A DNA stretch of 61,510 nt, filler included. It is 14 parts of 14 records of this genome, joined end to end, with 100 filler letters (N's around TTAATTAATTAA, not from the genome) between each part and the next. Parts side by side here need not be neighbours in the genome. Positions count along the whole stretch, not along the records: positions 31,047 to 34,328 come from SRR7504441_82029; positions 34,429 to 37,931 come from SRR7504441_83106; positions 38,032 to 46,821 come from SRR7504441_83793; 11 more parts are not named here. One strand, 5' to 3'. Position 1 is the stretch's first letter, and every line of letters begins with the position of its first letter. Below are positions 32,356 through 43,020 of this stretch, piece after piece. A program made the position numbers and the translations under genes. The notes under the pieces were generated by a model. That model ran no database searches. It was not told the DNA's origin and saw only the letters and a program-made list of their open reading frames with translations.

Positions 32356-34328
32356 CTATGGCAGCTGCGACCGCATCGAGTGCAACATCATGATCACCAC
32401 TGCCACCGCCACCGCGAAGGTCAGCCCTATTGCTGCATCCCACGGCCAATCTCTCCACCTCAGCGTGCCCCTCCCCACCTCAGCAGCCTCCTCTCTACGC
32501 CCATCCCTCACGCAGCCTACAGGGGCCGCTCCGTCACAAGTTGAGTCCTGCCTCGGGTTCTTCATTACAACTGCGCTCGAGGCGGCAGCGAGCGACAGCA
32601 GTGCACACACCTCCCGCTCCGCCCTGATCTCATCTAGCATCGCTGAACCGCCCGGCTCTTCGGCTGTCCCGCTGTCATCTCCCAGTGACTCCTCACTGGA
32701 CTCGAGCTCTTGGGACAGCCGCTGCACTCGGGCTCTCAGTTGCTCTAGTCGAGAATGCTTGGGGGCCTCGACCCGGGAGTCGGCCCGTGGTTCAGGACCT
32801 TCACTCTCGGCGCTAGGCGCGGAGGGCTGGCTGAGGCCACCGGCTGGCTGGGCGAACAGCTGTGTCGGCTGGATCTGGGACTCAGGGCTGGTGGACGGCT
32901 CGGCAGCGTCCCTGCTAGTCCGGGAAGACTCACAGGACATGCTGCTGTGCGCACTGCTGCCGCTGGCAGATCTGCTGGCACTCGATCTAGTGATAGGAAT
33001 CACTAGGCTCCAGCACTGCTGCAGCGCCGCCAGGAACGCCGGTTCGGGCTCGGGCAGCACATTGCTCAAGTACCCAGCCAGCCGCTGCTGCTTGCTCGCC
33101 ACCGTGCGCCCATTCTCACGCAACTGGGCCCTCAGCGCTTCAAACCCCTCGCGGTCCCCAGGGAACCTTTTATGCACCCGCGCGAGCATCACACAGGCGC
33201 AGCTGCTCCAGCCGGGACCGTTGTGGATCTGCGCCACCAGTTGCTCGAGCGCAGCCCGGCGCGAGTCCGAGCTAGCTCGCCGCTCTCTCCTGACCTCCCG
33301 TGCCACCTCGATCAATTGTCGTACCGCGTAGCCAAACTCTCTCGGGTCTGCTGGCAGCGCCCGCTCAAAGTGCCGGCAGAACTCGGCCCGGCTTATCTGT
33401 CCGTCCTCGTCCGTGTCCATCTCCCGCACCAGCCGCGCATTCTTCTCCTCAGTCCAGCTGCCCATCCTCTGACCTAAGCTGCGACGCATCCTCCCGAGCT
33501 CCAACAGTTCGTCTGCCTCTATCGCCCCGGAGCCGTCCAGATCAAACACCCCAAACACCTCCCCGAGCTTCTCTCGGCGCTCCCAGCGCTCCCTCCGAAT
33601 GTCAGCTGTCCTCTCGTCCGCCATCCCCCACACCCAAAGCGAGCCCGACTGAGAGGCTGACAAGACCAGCCCAAGCGCCCCAGAGCCCCAGCCCCGGGGC
33701 AGGAACGCCACCGCGTGGTTGCCGCCGCCGCCAGGGTCGCCGGCGGTTTGTGCAAAGCATTGCCCGGAGGCTACTCTCCAGAGCTTTAGCGAACTGTCAT
33801 CGCCACAAGATGCCAGATGCCTCCTGCGACCCACCAGATCAGCCACACTAGGCCCAACACGAGCTAATCAGCTAGTCACCCAGAAGCGGAGAACGCCACG
33901 CCTCGCACTCTGGTGCTATGAGCGTTTTCTATTACGGCCAGCACTGCACTTGTCCTCCACTGGGTTAGCCGGACTGTATTTGCTGCGTCCCCAGAGGCCA
34001 CCAGCTTGCAGCTCGGGCTGAACTTGACCGCACATACCCCGCCGGAGTGCCCTCTAATCGTGGCGCAGCACTCAGCTGTCCGAGGGTTGCGCATCCCACT
34101 CCAGACCCTTACCAAGCAGTCATCTCCACCGGATGCCACCACCCCACTCCGCGTAACGTCCAGCGTCCGCACCGCTCTTGAATGACCGGTTCTCTCGCCC
34201 AGCAGCTCGCCCTCGCCAACCGCCCAGAAACGCAGCACGCCGTCGCTGCCCGAAGAGATGAGAACGTCCTCTGAGTCCAAGAAGGCCAGCGCTAGCACAG
34301 GGCCTGCAGAGTGCCTCAAAACCGCCGC
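32356..34328 (-). CDS. WD40-repeat + EF-hand pair protein with a C-terminal transmembrane helix, 5' truncated
   Basis: SSGSDGVLRFW, GHSRAVRTL..SGGDDCLVRVW, SCGDDSSLKLW. EF loops DLDGSGAIEADE and DTDEDGQISRAE. Hydrophobic tail. Confidence 0.85.
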
Positions 34329-34543
34329 NNNNNNNNNNNNNNNNNNNNNNNNNNNNNNNNNNNNNNNNNNNNTTAATTAATTAANNNNNNNNNNNNNNNN
34401 NNNNNNNNNNNNNNNNNNNNNNNNNNNNCAGCCCGCGCAGCCTTCCAGCTCCAAACTCACTCAACATCCGGCTTGGATCAGTGTCTCTACTTATCTATCT
34501 CTTACGTATCGCACTTAGAACTCGCTTAAATCTCACTTAGATC

Positions 34544-36335
34544 TCACTCCGTGTACTCGTCATCGTCGAGGGCATTCACGTTGTCCTCATCTGGCACGTG
34601 CCTCTCATTGTTTTTGTCCCGTTCCTCCTCGAGCAGCTCCTTCAGCCGCTTGATCTCCACTCGGTCCCTGTCGTGCTGCCTCGCCCCCAGCCCGGCCAGG
34701 GTGTCCACTCCTTCCGCCTCCTCCCCCACCGGCGGCACCCATTTCTCTGGCTTGTCCCTGGACAGCCGCCCCGTCTGATAGCACTCTAGCACCGGCGGCC
34801 GCTGCCCGTCCTGCGTGCACTCGTCCCCTAGGAACCTGTGCCTCCCCGTCCACCGTCGCTGCTCTAGCGAGCGCATCACTTGCCGCCATGAGCCGTAGCA
34901 CTGCATCGGCTTGGCGTGCCTCTCGAATCGCGCGGTCCGGCTGCTTGCGATCGCCTCACACATGAAGCACTCGCGGCTCTTCGCGGGCAGCTTGGCCGGC
35001 AGTCTGATCTCCTCGGCCAGCGCCTGCTCGCTGCGCACGAGCTGGTCAGCACCGGATCTTGGGCTGCTATCAAGTACATGTATAGAGTACTAAATGATAT
35101 TAAACGCACCGGAAGCGCAGATACTCGCGATAGTCCGGCTCGCTCCGAGCGAGCGCCTTTAGGTACTCTGCCAGCTGCTTGGGCGAGCGGAAGTCGGTGG
35201 CCACTGTCCCCGGGCTCGATCGGAAGCACCACCCGGGGCCACTCACTGATCATCGACCGGCCGGTCCTGCTCGGCTCGTAGTCTTGGATCGAGGCCGGGG
35301 CCATCACCACCGGGACCGCGCCCGACAGGAACGCGTCCTCGAGCTTCTCGTCCACGTAGTCGTCGCACAGCGTGTTGGGGAGCACCAGCACGAACTTGAA
35401 CCGTGCCAGCTCGTCCAGCTTGGCGGTCGGGTCGTACCTACCCCCCTCGATCGGAAGCTCCGCCCGGGGCCACTCACTGGCCGAGCGCGTTCTCTTTGGG
35501 CAGCTGGCGGCCGCCCATGTTGTGCAGGCAGCGCCCGTACGAAGACACCTGCACGTGCTCCATCAGCTCGCGCACGAACCCATCGCGATCGCTCGGCGCT
35601 CCGCAGTTTGAGGCGAAATAGGCCACCTACAGGCTACGTGAGAACGATTGTGTTGTTGTATACAGCTTACCATCCCGGACTTGTCAACCCAGGCGCGGGG
35701 CTCGCGCAGGTTGTCGGGGCCGAGGCTCATGATGTTCCGGACAGAGACGTCCGACTGGGCGTCAAAGGTGGACGAGAAGTTGAACAGCGCCATCTTGCCG
35801 GGATGCTCCAGGATCCGGTCCCGGGTAGACGGGGGCGCCTCGTGCGCCAGTGCGAGCCACGGCTTGCGCGGCTGGCCGGTTGGGAGCTGCTCCAGGTGGC
35901 AAAGGTCAAAGATCAGCCCGTCGCTCAGCCGCTCGGCCCGGCGGTCGTCTGTGGCGATGCAGGGGACCGCGCACTCGTGGAGGTGGTAGCTCTGGCCCCA
36001 CCCGAGCAGCTCGCGCGGCGGGTGTCCGCTGTAGCTGGTGGCCCACATTAGCAGCACCGCCCCTGCCGGCCCGGCTCAGGCCCCGTCGGGGGCGGCGCAC
36101 CGGTCTGCCGCCTGGCCGCCCCGATGGCCGGGTCGAGCGGCTCGGGCTCTGTCCTGGCCGCCCAGCCCGGCAGCCTGCCGTTGAGCTCGGCCACCAGCCG
36201 CGCCTCCGGTCCCAGCGGGCCAGCCCCGGGCCAGCAGGCCCAGACCAGCACCAGCCCGACCGCCCCCAGCCCGATGTGCACCCGCCGGGCTCGTACGCCC
36301 GCAGCTATCAGCCTACGAATCCGGCCCGCAGCCAT
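34544..36335 (-). CDS. Alpha-1,3/4-fucosyltransferase (GT10), type II membrane protein, several introns
   Basis: [32 protein letters not shown] (GT10 motif), [16 protein letters not shown]-terminal TM anchor. Confidence 0.88.
35204..35477 (-). repeat. Two near-identical introns (35438-35477 and 35204-35246) in the fucosyltransferase gene
   Basis: GTGAGTGGCCCCGGGcGGaGCTTCCGATCGAG versus GTGAGTGGCCCCGGGtGGtGCTTCCGATCGAG, 30 of the first 32 nt identical. Confidence 0.92.
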
Positions 36336-36388
36336 CTCCAACGCTCTCAGCTCAGCTGGACGTCCGAGACACGACCGCTGGGTTGGTG

Positions 36389-36997
36389 ATGGAGTGTCCG
36401 GCTTGCGGCTCGCACGACACGATCTTGGAGGACGACTGCTGGATGTGCGACGCGTGCGGGAACGGTGCTCCCGGGGAGAGGCTGCTTAGGTGAGTTCGGA
36501 CAGTGTGGGAGCCTAGCGAGCAGCAGAACAGCAGCTGCCCGAGCGTCCGGCCGGTGGTGGGCAGCGTGCTCGAGGTGGAGGCCGTCCCCAAGAAGAGCAA
36601 GCTGGTCTGCCTGCAAGTGGACCTGGTCAGCTCGCCCGCCCGGCCCAGCTCAGCCGGGCCGCAGGGCGACGGGCAACCGATCCAGGTGGTCACGAACGCA
36701 TTCAAAGGCTCGCCGGAGGACGTGATGAAGTACATCGACGGACGGTGCTGCTGGGGCCGGCAGCAGTGGCCGAGCGGGCGCAGGCGGGTGGTGGTGGCAC
36801 CGGTGGGCGCGGTGCTGACAGTGGACGGCGAGGAGACCACAGTCAAGAAGGCCAACGTGGGCGGCAAGCCCTCCGAGGGAATGCTGTGCGATGCGGGCAT
36901 GCTCGGCTGGGTCGGCGGGGCCGCCGGGGCCGCAGTGCTGCTGCCTGCAGATAGCTTCGAGAACGGCTGTGAGCCACCCGACGAGAAGCCTCGGTGA
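36389..36997 (+). CDS. Zinc-ribbon + tRNA-binding OB-fold (PheRS-beta B2/EMAPII-like) small protein, 3 introns
   Basis: Spliced product MECPACGS..WMCDACGNVWE..VVGSVLEVEAVP..IQVVTNA..VVVAPVGA..VKKANVGGKPSEGMLCD. Confidence 0.8.
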
Positions 36998-37164
36998 TGC
37001 CGCCAAGCTCGTTCTCAATTCGCATTCGGATCGACCTATGCAATTCACCTTTGCATGCGTGCGCATATTGTTAACCCCTAAGGTTCGATAATTATGTCAT
37101 GAATACTCGTACGCGTGCTATTAAGTTTGGCGGTCGTGGATACACTCCAAGAGTACAAGTTTAC

Positions 37165-37785
37165 TCACGGCGGCATCCTCAGCACAAGCTGTTGCTCCTT
37201 GTCTCGCGGCAGGAAGCCACTAGCTGGGCTCTGGGCTAGCAAGCTCCGCGCGGCCTGGAGGCTCTGAGGGTCGGCCAGCTCCGCAAACACTGTGTGGTCG
37301 TGGCTCCAGTGCGTGGCCGGCCCATCGCCCAGGTATATGAAAAAGTCTGGCCCGCCCCCGCGCCCGCCGGCCCAGGCCACCATCCCGGGCTGCATCACCG
37401 GCCCGTGACACCCGCAGTCCGGATCATGCGCGAAGCACTCCCGCCCGGCGTAGATTCGGATGCCGTCCACCCCAGGCGGGCAGTTGCCCTTCCGCGCCGG
37501 CGGCCACCGGTCGGCCTGTATCCGGCCCTGGAGCAACAGCCCCGGCTCGGCCCGGTAGAGCTGCCCGACGTGCACCCCGCCGGCCAGCCCCGAGTTCCCC
37601 AGCTCTGGTCGGATCCGCAATCGGATCGTCGCCCCTGGGAGCTCGAGCAGCGCCACCGGCGTAATAACGGATTCCTCCAGTGACGCCACCGGCGGCGGTC
37701 GGGGGCTCCTGAACAGCCACAGCCCGCACAGCCCGCACAGCCCGAGCAGCACCGCCACCGCAAGCCGCCGCCGCCGCAGCTTCAT
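37165..37785 (-). CDS. Membrane-anchored cyclophilin-like domain protein
   Basis: N-terminal TM, LYRAEPGLLLQG, GMVAWAGG..GPDFFIYLGD..HWSHDHTVFAEL. Confidence 0.75.
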   Translation of the reverse strand: MKLRRRRLAVAVLLGLCGLCGLWLFRSPRPPPVASLEESVITPVALLELPGATIRLRIRPELGNSGLAGGVHVGQLYRAEPGLLLQGRIQADRWPPARKGNCPPGVDGIRIYAGRECFAHDPDCGCHGPVMQPGMVAWAGGRGGGPDFFIYLGDGPATHWSHDHTVFAELADPQSLQAARSLLAQSPASGFLPRDKEQQLVLRMPP

Positions 37786-38108
37786 CGAGTGCCCAGTGCG
37801 CCTCCCTGTAGCACTGAACTGTAGGGTGGGGTGGAGCCGCTATGCCGTTAGCAGATTACCGGCTCATGAAATGGTGATGAAACGATTCGTACAGGTAGTA
37901 TCAAGTACACAATACTTAGTACTTTTACATGNNNNNNNNNNNNNNNNNNNNNNNNNNNNNNNNNNNNNNNNNNNNTTAATTAATTAANNNNNNNNNNNNN
38001 NNNNNNNNNNNNNNNNNNNNNNNNNNNNNNNGCGGCTGTACACCAATAGACTGCTGCGGCTCCCCAGCTTCCGCAGCCGAGTAGGTCTCTGCGGCCGCGT
38101 TTAGCTCG

Positions 38109-41100
38109 ATGGATTTGCGGGCCAGCTGCAATCGGCCACCGGGGAGGGAGCTGGGGCCGCCGGAGGATCCGGGCGAGCAGCCGGACTGGGAGCGGCTGGA
38201 ACGGGCCTTCCCCGGCCCACAGCCGCTGGTCGATCCGCCGGACCTGCGGGCCTCGTCCACCGTGCCGCCCTCCCGGCTCCGATGGGCCGGCAGTAGGAAG
38301 AGCACCGACGGCAGGAAGAGCACCGAAGGCTCACCCAGCGAGGGCGACGAGGCGCTGCAGTGCAGGGACGAGCTGGGAGAGGTGACGCTCCGGTGCAATC
38401 TGATGAAGCTCCAGTCGATCGACCTGCGCCGGGAGCAGTTCACAGCCGAGCTGTTCGTCGAGCTCTCCTGGACCGACACGCGCAAAGAGCTCCAGAGACT
38501 GCTCAGGCACGGGCAGTCGATCGCGATCATGCGCGGCGTGGCTGAGCACCGGCAGCAGTTTGAGGCTCTCAGGCGGGGGTCGCCCGGGGCCGGGCTGCCC
38601 ATGCTCACAACGGACTGCTGGAGCAACGCGGTGGAGGTGGAGACCGAGGAGGAGTGGTACATTTGCGACCAGATCCCGATCCACGTGGCAATCAGGCAAG
38701 CGTACGAGCATAAACTTGGCTGGACGCCCGAGAACGAGATCAATATAGATCGGCTGGGCGAAGTGCTGAGCACCCTCGAGCTCGACGAGACGGACGAGCT
38801 AAAGGCCCAGCTGGCGGCGCTCTGCCCCAACCCAGACAAGCCGATTCAGCTCGATGCGCTATTTGTGTTGCTTGCTGAGCACCCGAAGGCCGAGAAGTTC
38901 TTTGTTGCTAGAGTGTACGAGCGGCATCGGGCCACAGTGGTGCTCGAGGCGCCGATGAACCTGCGCGACTTCCCGCAAGACTACCAACGGTTGCCGCTCA
39001 AGTTTCAGATCAAAACGCCCATTCACCAGGTGCTGTTGGTCCGGAATCGGGAGGAGGGCAGCCAGTGCAAGCTGCAGCTCGGGACTCGGTTTGGTCCGAG
39101 ACACGAGTACGTGCCGTTTCCCGTGCTTTACTCCTTTCAGCACCAGACGGATGAGTCGCTGTCCATGTCATCTTCGGTGTACCCGCAGCTGACAATTGTC
39201 ATCTCGATTCAGCGACGGGATTCTTTCTATTTGTTGAATATCGTGTTTCCACTGTACTTGCTCACCACTGGGTCGTTCTTTTCGTTTGGAAGTGACGAAC
39301 CAATTGGTGTGGCTGCGACCATGATTGTTGCGGCTATGACGTTTCAGACCTTCAGCAACGAGACCATGGGTCCTAATAATGGCATCTGGCGCGATTGGTG
39401 AGTCTGCTGGGGGCAGGTCTACCAAAGATCTCCTACCAGACTAAGCTCGATCGCTGGATAAATATTAACCTGCTGGTTCTTTTCCTGGTGCCTCGATGGA
39501 CTGCGCCTGTGTGAGTGACCGGACAGGTGCTGTTCCACGGATACATCAACAACGCAGACATGTGGAAGGACCCGGAGAACACTGTTGCATTGTTCATGAT
39601 CCTCTACACTGCAGCAACGCTCTGCTTCTGGGGACTGCGGCTTGGTCGGTGCCGGAACGCGATGCTCGGGCTTTTCTCGTGCACTTCGAGGCAAGTTCCG
39701 TCGCCCCTGGAGCTGTACTCGTTTCTTGAGAGCGAGCGCTGCTTCAACAAGCTTGGCATCAAGCTCGCACGACCCGGCGCCGTCAAACATCGGCATTTTG
39801 GGCTTGGCGGGGTGTGGTGCTCTCCAGTAGACAGCATGCCGAGCTGGATGGGCTCAGAAGGCACTGCTTGCCCCGACTTTGGGTGATTGGCGTCGGCAGG
39901 TGGGTTCAAAGGCGTGCTTGATAAGACGTTGGACTTCGACCAGGAACCGGACCTGACCAAGTTGGGTTGGGAGCTCGACCGGAACCAGGCCTGGCAACAC
40001 ATCCGGTTTGCCACGGAGGATCAGGCTTTCCGCTATGAGAGCGATCACCAGACGTGCAGCAGGCTGCGGCAAAGCTGCCATCCGCTCCGTCCGATGGACA
40101 GTTCTGCGAATTTGGCGACAACTAAGTCTGAGAGGGATTGCCCAAGGCGTCTGAGTCGAGCAGCGGCGCCCAGTTTCATGTTTGTGCCGGCTGAGGTGCT
40201 GGAACCAAGGTAGGTTGTTGTAGGCGGCAGGGCTCACTCAGATTGCCAGGTGTGCCAAGTTGGCTCGCAAGTTGGAGAGGGTGGGCAGCTCGCAGAAAGC
40301 ATGGGGCGTCGAATTTCCCAAGGTGATGCATCAGTTGATGCTGGTGCCTCCAGTGGCCCGTGTGGAGGCCGAGGCACTGATGCTGAGCCATCTGAATTGG
40401 GATCTGTGCGACCGATACCTCAGAGCATGCTTGGACATTCCAGATGGCTGCGGCCAGGCTAGGTTCATCGGCCAGCACTTGCCTCGCGAGATGGCCGCGT
40501 TCACTTTCGCTGAAGGGGTGGACCTCGATGACTTCCTAAGACAATCTTGCGACCTGTACAGGACTGTGACACTGGTCAGTGTGTTCGTGGCCAAGTGGAT
40601 CTTCACTGCAAGAGACATAGCTAACGATATTCCGAGCCAAGTAGCTTCGGCAATTGACAGCTGGCCGCACGAAGGGCTGTCTGAGCTCAGCCGAGCACTC
40701 GACAAGACTTTCGCACCAATCGAACGAACCGAGTCGCATCCGAAGCTAGTGCGGATGCCTACGCAGGCACTGTCTGCGTTGTCAGAATACCGACTTTCTC
40801 ATGGCATCCGGCCTGCAATGGACCGCTCCAAGTGGGCGTTCCAGAGCAATGATTACCGACAAACCCTGGCCTTTGTGAGTTCGAATTCGAGTGCAAGTTC
40901 ATTTTTTCAATCCAACTGTGGGCTGTACAGGCAAGCCATCGATCTCTTCGAAAAGGTAGATGGCAGCCGAGATGTTGGAATTCTGTTTAGCCTTTTTGTG
41001 CCCCGGTTGTCGTATTTGAATGCGACTTGGTGCGTCGCACTCGAGAGCGCGATGCACGAAGCAAGGCAGGTGCTTGTAGCACGACTGTCTACCAATCTTG

Positions 41101-41135
41101 AGCAAAATCTAGAGAGTAGAAGCTTGCTACAATAA
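38109..41135 (+). CDS. Cys-less (Pro-loop) pentameric ligand-gated ion channel with an extracellular-domain insertion and a long C-terminal extension
   Basis: KLQSIDLRREQFTAELFVELSWTD, MNLRDFPQDYQRL (Pro-loop), YPQLTIVISIQRRDSFYLLNIVFP (pre-M1/M1), PKISYQTKLDRW (M2-M3). Later exons are joined by ~40-nt introns. Confidence 0.8.
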
Positions 41136-41344
41136 TAATAGTGAAACCAAGGCCAACGTACGCGTGCGCGACGATAATAAAACTTCTAGTGTATACCAAC
41201 ATGCATGGCTGCGCATACATAATGTGTAAAAATCATAATTATGTAAGACAATATTTAGGTGTAACAAACCAATTTGTCAAGTAAAAGACGAATTAAAAAG
41301 GGCTGTAGGTTGAAGCCCTCTTATAGTGGTTGAATCGCGTTTGG

Positions 41345-42361
41345 TTACCAATACAACCTCCGTTGCAGCACTGAGGTACCACACTCGTTGTATTCAGTGA
41401 GCGAGACCCACTGGTTGTCGTTGAATGAATCGAGCGACCCTGCGATTGAGCCACCAATCCAAGGCGAGTACTTGCGTGTGGGCGGTGCTACCACTCGCAT
41501 GTTGCATCCCTGCCCGCCCTGAGCTAGGCACCGACCGCAGCCCACCTGAGGCAGCACTGTCGGGAGCTCCCTCTCTAGCCGCTCGGCAAACCCGCCGTTT
41601 GTGAGGGTGCAGCCGCCGGCTAGCACTACAGTGTCCCAGACTTTCTTTCGCAACTCAGCGTCGAGCTGGTAAAGACTCTCACTGATCGCCTCCTGCACCC
41701 CAGTGGCCGGCGTCGGGGTCTCCACGCCGGGCCCGACGAAGCGCTCGACCTCGCTGGGGTTGAACCAGCACTCCGAGGCCACAAGCCTCTCCTCCTGCAG
41801 TGTGATCACCCGCCCGTCTGGCAACTGGTAGCCGGCCGAGTTGGCCTCGCCGGCGGCCGGGAGCTCTTTGTTGAAGTCTAGCGCCACCTGGCAAAGCCTC
41901 TCCTTCATGTCTCGGACAGCCACCTCTGGCAGGTCCATAACCCCACGCCCAGCCAGCAGGTCCTTGAGCACTTTATCGATGTCACTCCCGCCGAGCTGGT
42001 GCCGCACCACCCCATACGGCAGCGCGAGCCCCTCCGAAATCGGCGTTACGTGGGTCACCCCGTGCCCCGCGTCCAGCACAAGCCCCTGGGTCCGGCCGCT
42101 GGCGATCATGGCGGCCACCGACTGCATCATCAAATAGCAATGTGGGGTGCTCATTTTCTCGAACAAGATGCTGGCCGTCTCCTCTCGGTCGGCAATCGTG
42201 CTCCCGGGTGCGTCCAGCAGCATCACGGCAGACTCCTCCGGTATGCAGGTCATCTCGCGGTACATGACGTGGTGCAGCAACTTCTCCAGTCCCAGCCAAT
42301 CCTTCACTTGCCCCCGCTCCACAGGGCAACGGATATCGTGCCCCCCGCCCCCCGCCATCAC
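41345..42361 (-). CDS. Actin-related protein/divergent actin, N-terminus missing
   Basis: PVERGQVKDW, SGRTQGLVLDAGHGVTHVTPISEG, RDMKERLC, VVLAGG, PPTRKYSPWIGGSI. No DNGSG phosphate-1 loop is found upstream. Confidence 0.88.
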   Translation of the reverse strand: MMAGGGGHDIRCPVERGQVKDWLGLEKLLHHVMYREMTCIPEESAVMLLDAPGSTIADREETASILFEKMSTPHCYLMMQSVAAMIASGRTQGLVLDAGHGVTHVTPISEGLALPYGVVRHQLGGSDIDKVLKDLLAGRGVMDLPEVAVRDMKERLCQVALDFNKELPAAGEANSAGYQLPDGRVITLQEERLVASECWFNPSEVERFVGPGVETPTPATGVQEAISESLYQLDAELRKKVWDTVVLAGGCTLTNGGFAERLERELPTVLPQVGCGRCLAQGGQGCNMRVVAPPTRKYSPWIGGSIAGSLDSFNDNQWVSLTEYNECGTSVLQRRLYW

Positions 42362-42899
42362 TGCACTCGATTGTCAAGCCCTGTGGAACCGAATTGTTGA
42401 GACAGTGATCAAAACGTTCTTCATGTGGCAGGAGGTGCACACTCTCCACCCGGAGCCGATGTCGTTCGAGCTATTTGGTTTCGATATTATGATCGACGCA
42501 AAGCTCCATCCGTGGTTGATAGAGGCGCGCTTGTTCGCCTCGTGCGGCTCAGCGGCGGGACAGGTCAACTCGTCCCCGTCCATGTCGGCCGAGTCCGCAG
42601 TGGACCGGCAGCTCAAATTGGACCTACTCTGCGACACCATACGGATTGTGCAGCCGCCGCCAATTCGGAGAGACAGGCTCAAGGAGTTTTTGCAGAGTCA
42701 CCAGTCTCACGGTGGCAAGCGGTGCCGTGCTGCCATTCCGCAGGCCCGGTTCCGTGAGGGGCTGGCCGGGCTAACTGAGGGGCTCGAGCCGGCGGCGGTA
42801 GACCTAAGCCAGACCCAGTTCATGCAAATCATACCGTCGACCACGCATGAGGCCATTGCAAACAAGTACGATCGAAACAAGCGCGCGTCAGCGAGGTGA
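42362..42899 (+). CDS. Tubulin-tyrosine ligase-like (TTLL polyglutamylase) C-terminal fragment
   Basis: LWNRIVETVIKT..SFELFGFDIMIDAKLHPWLIE-(intron)-VNSSPSM..DRQLKLDLLCDT. Confidence 0.85.
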
Positions 42900-43020
42900 G
42901 TCCATGCAACACCTTTTGTTCTGGACATGTAAAATACGTACAACCTAACACAGCTCATTACGTACTAATACCAATACATACATATACTTTTAAGCATTTT
43001 ATTTTAGCCCACTCAAGAGC

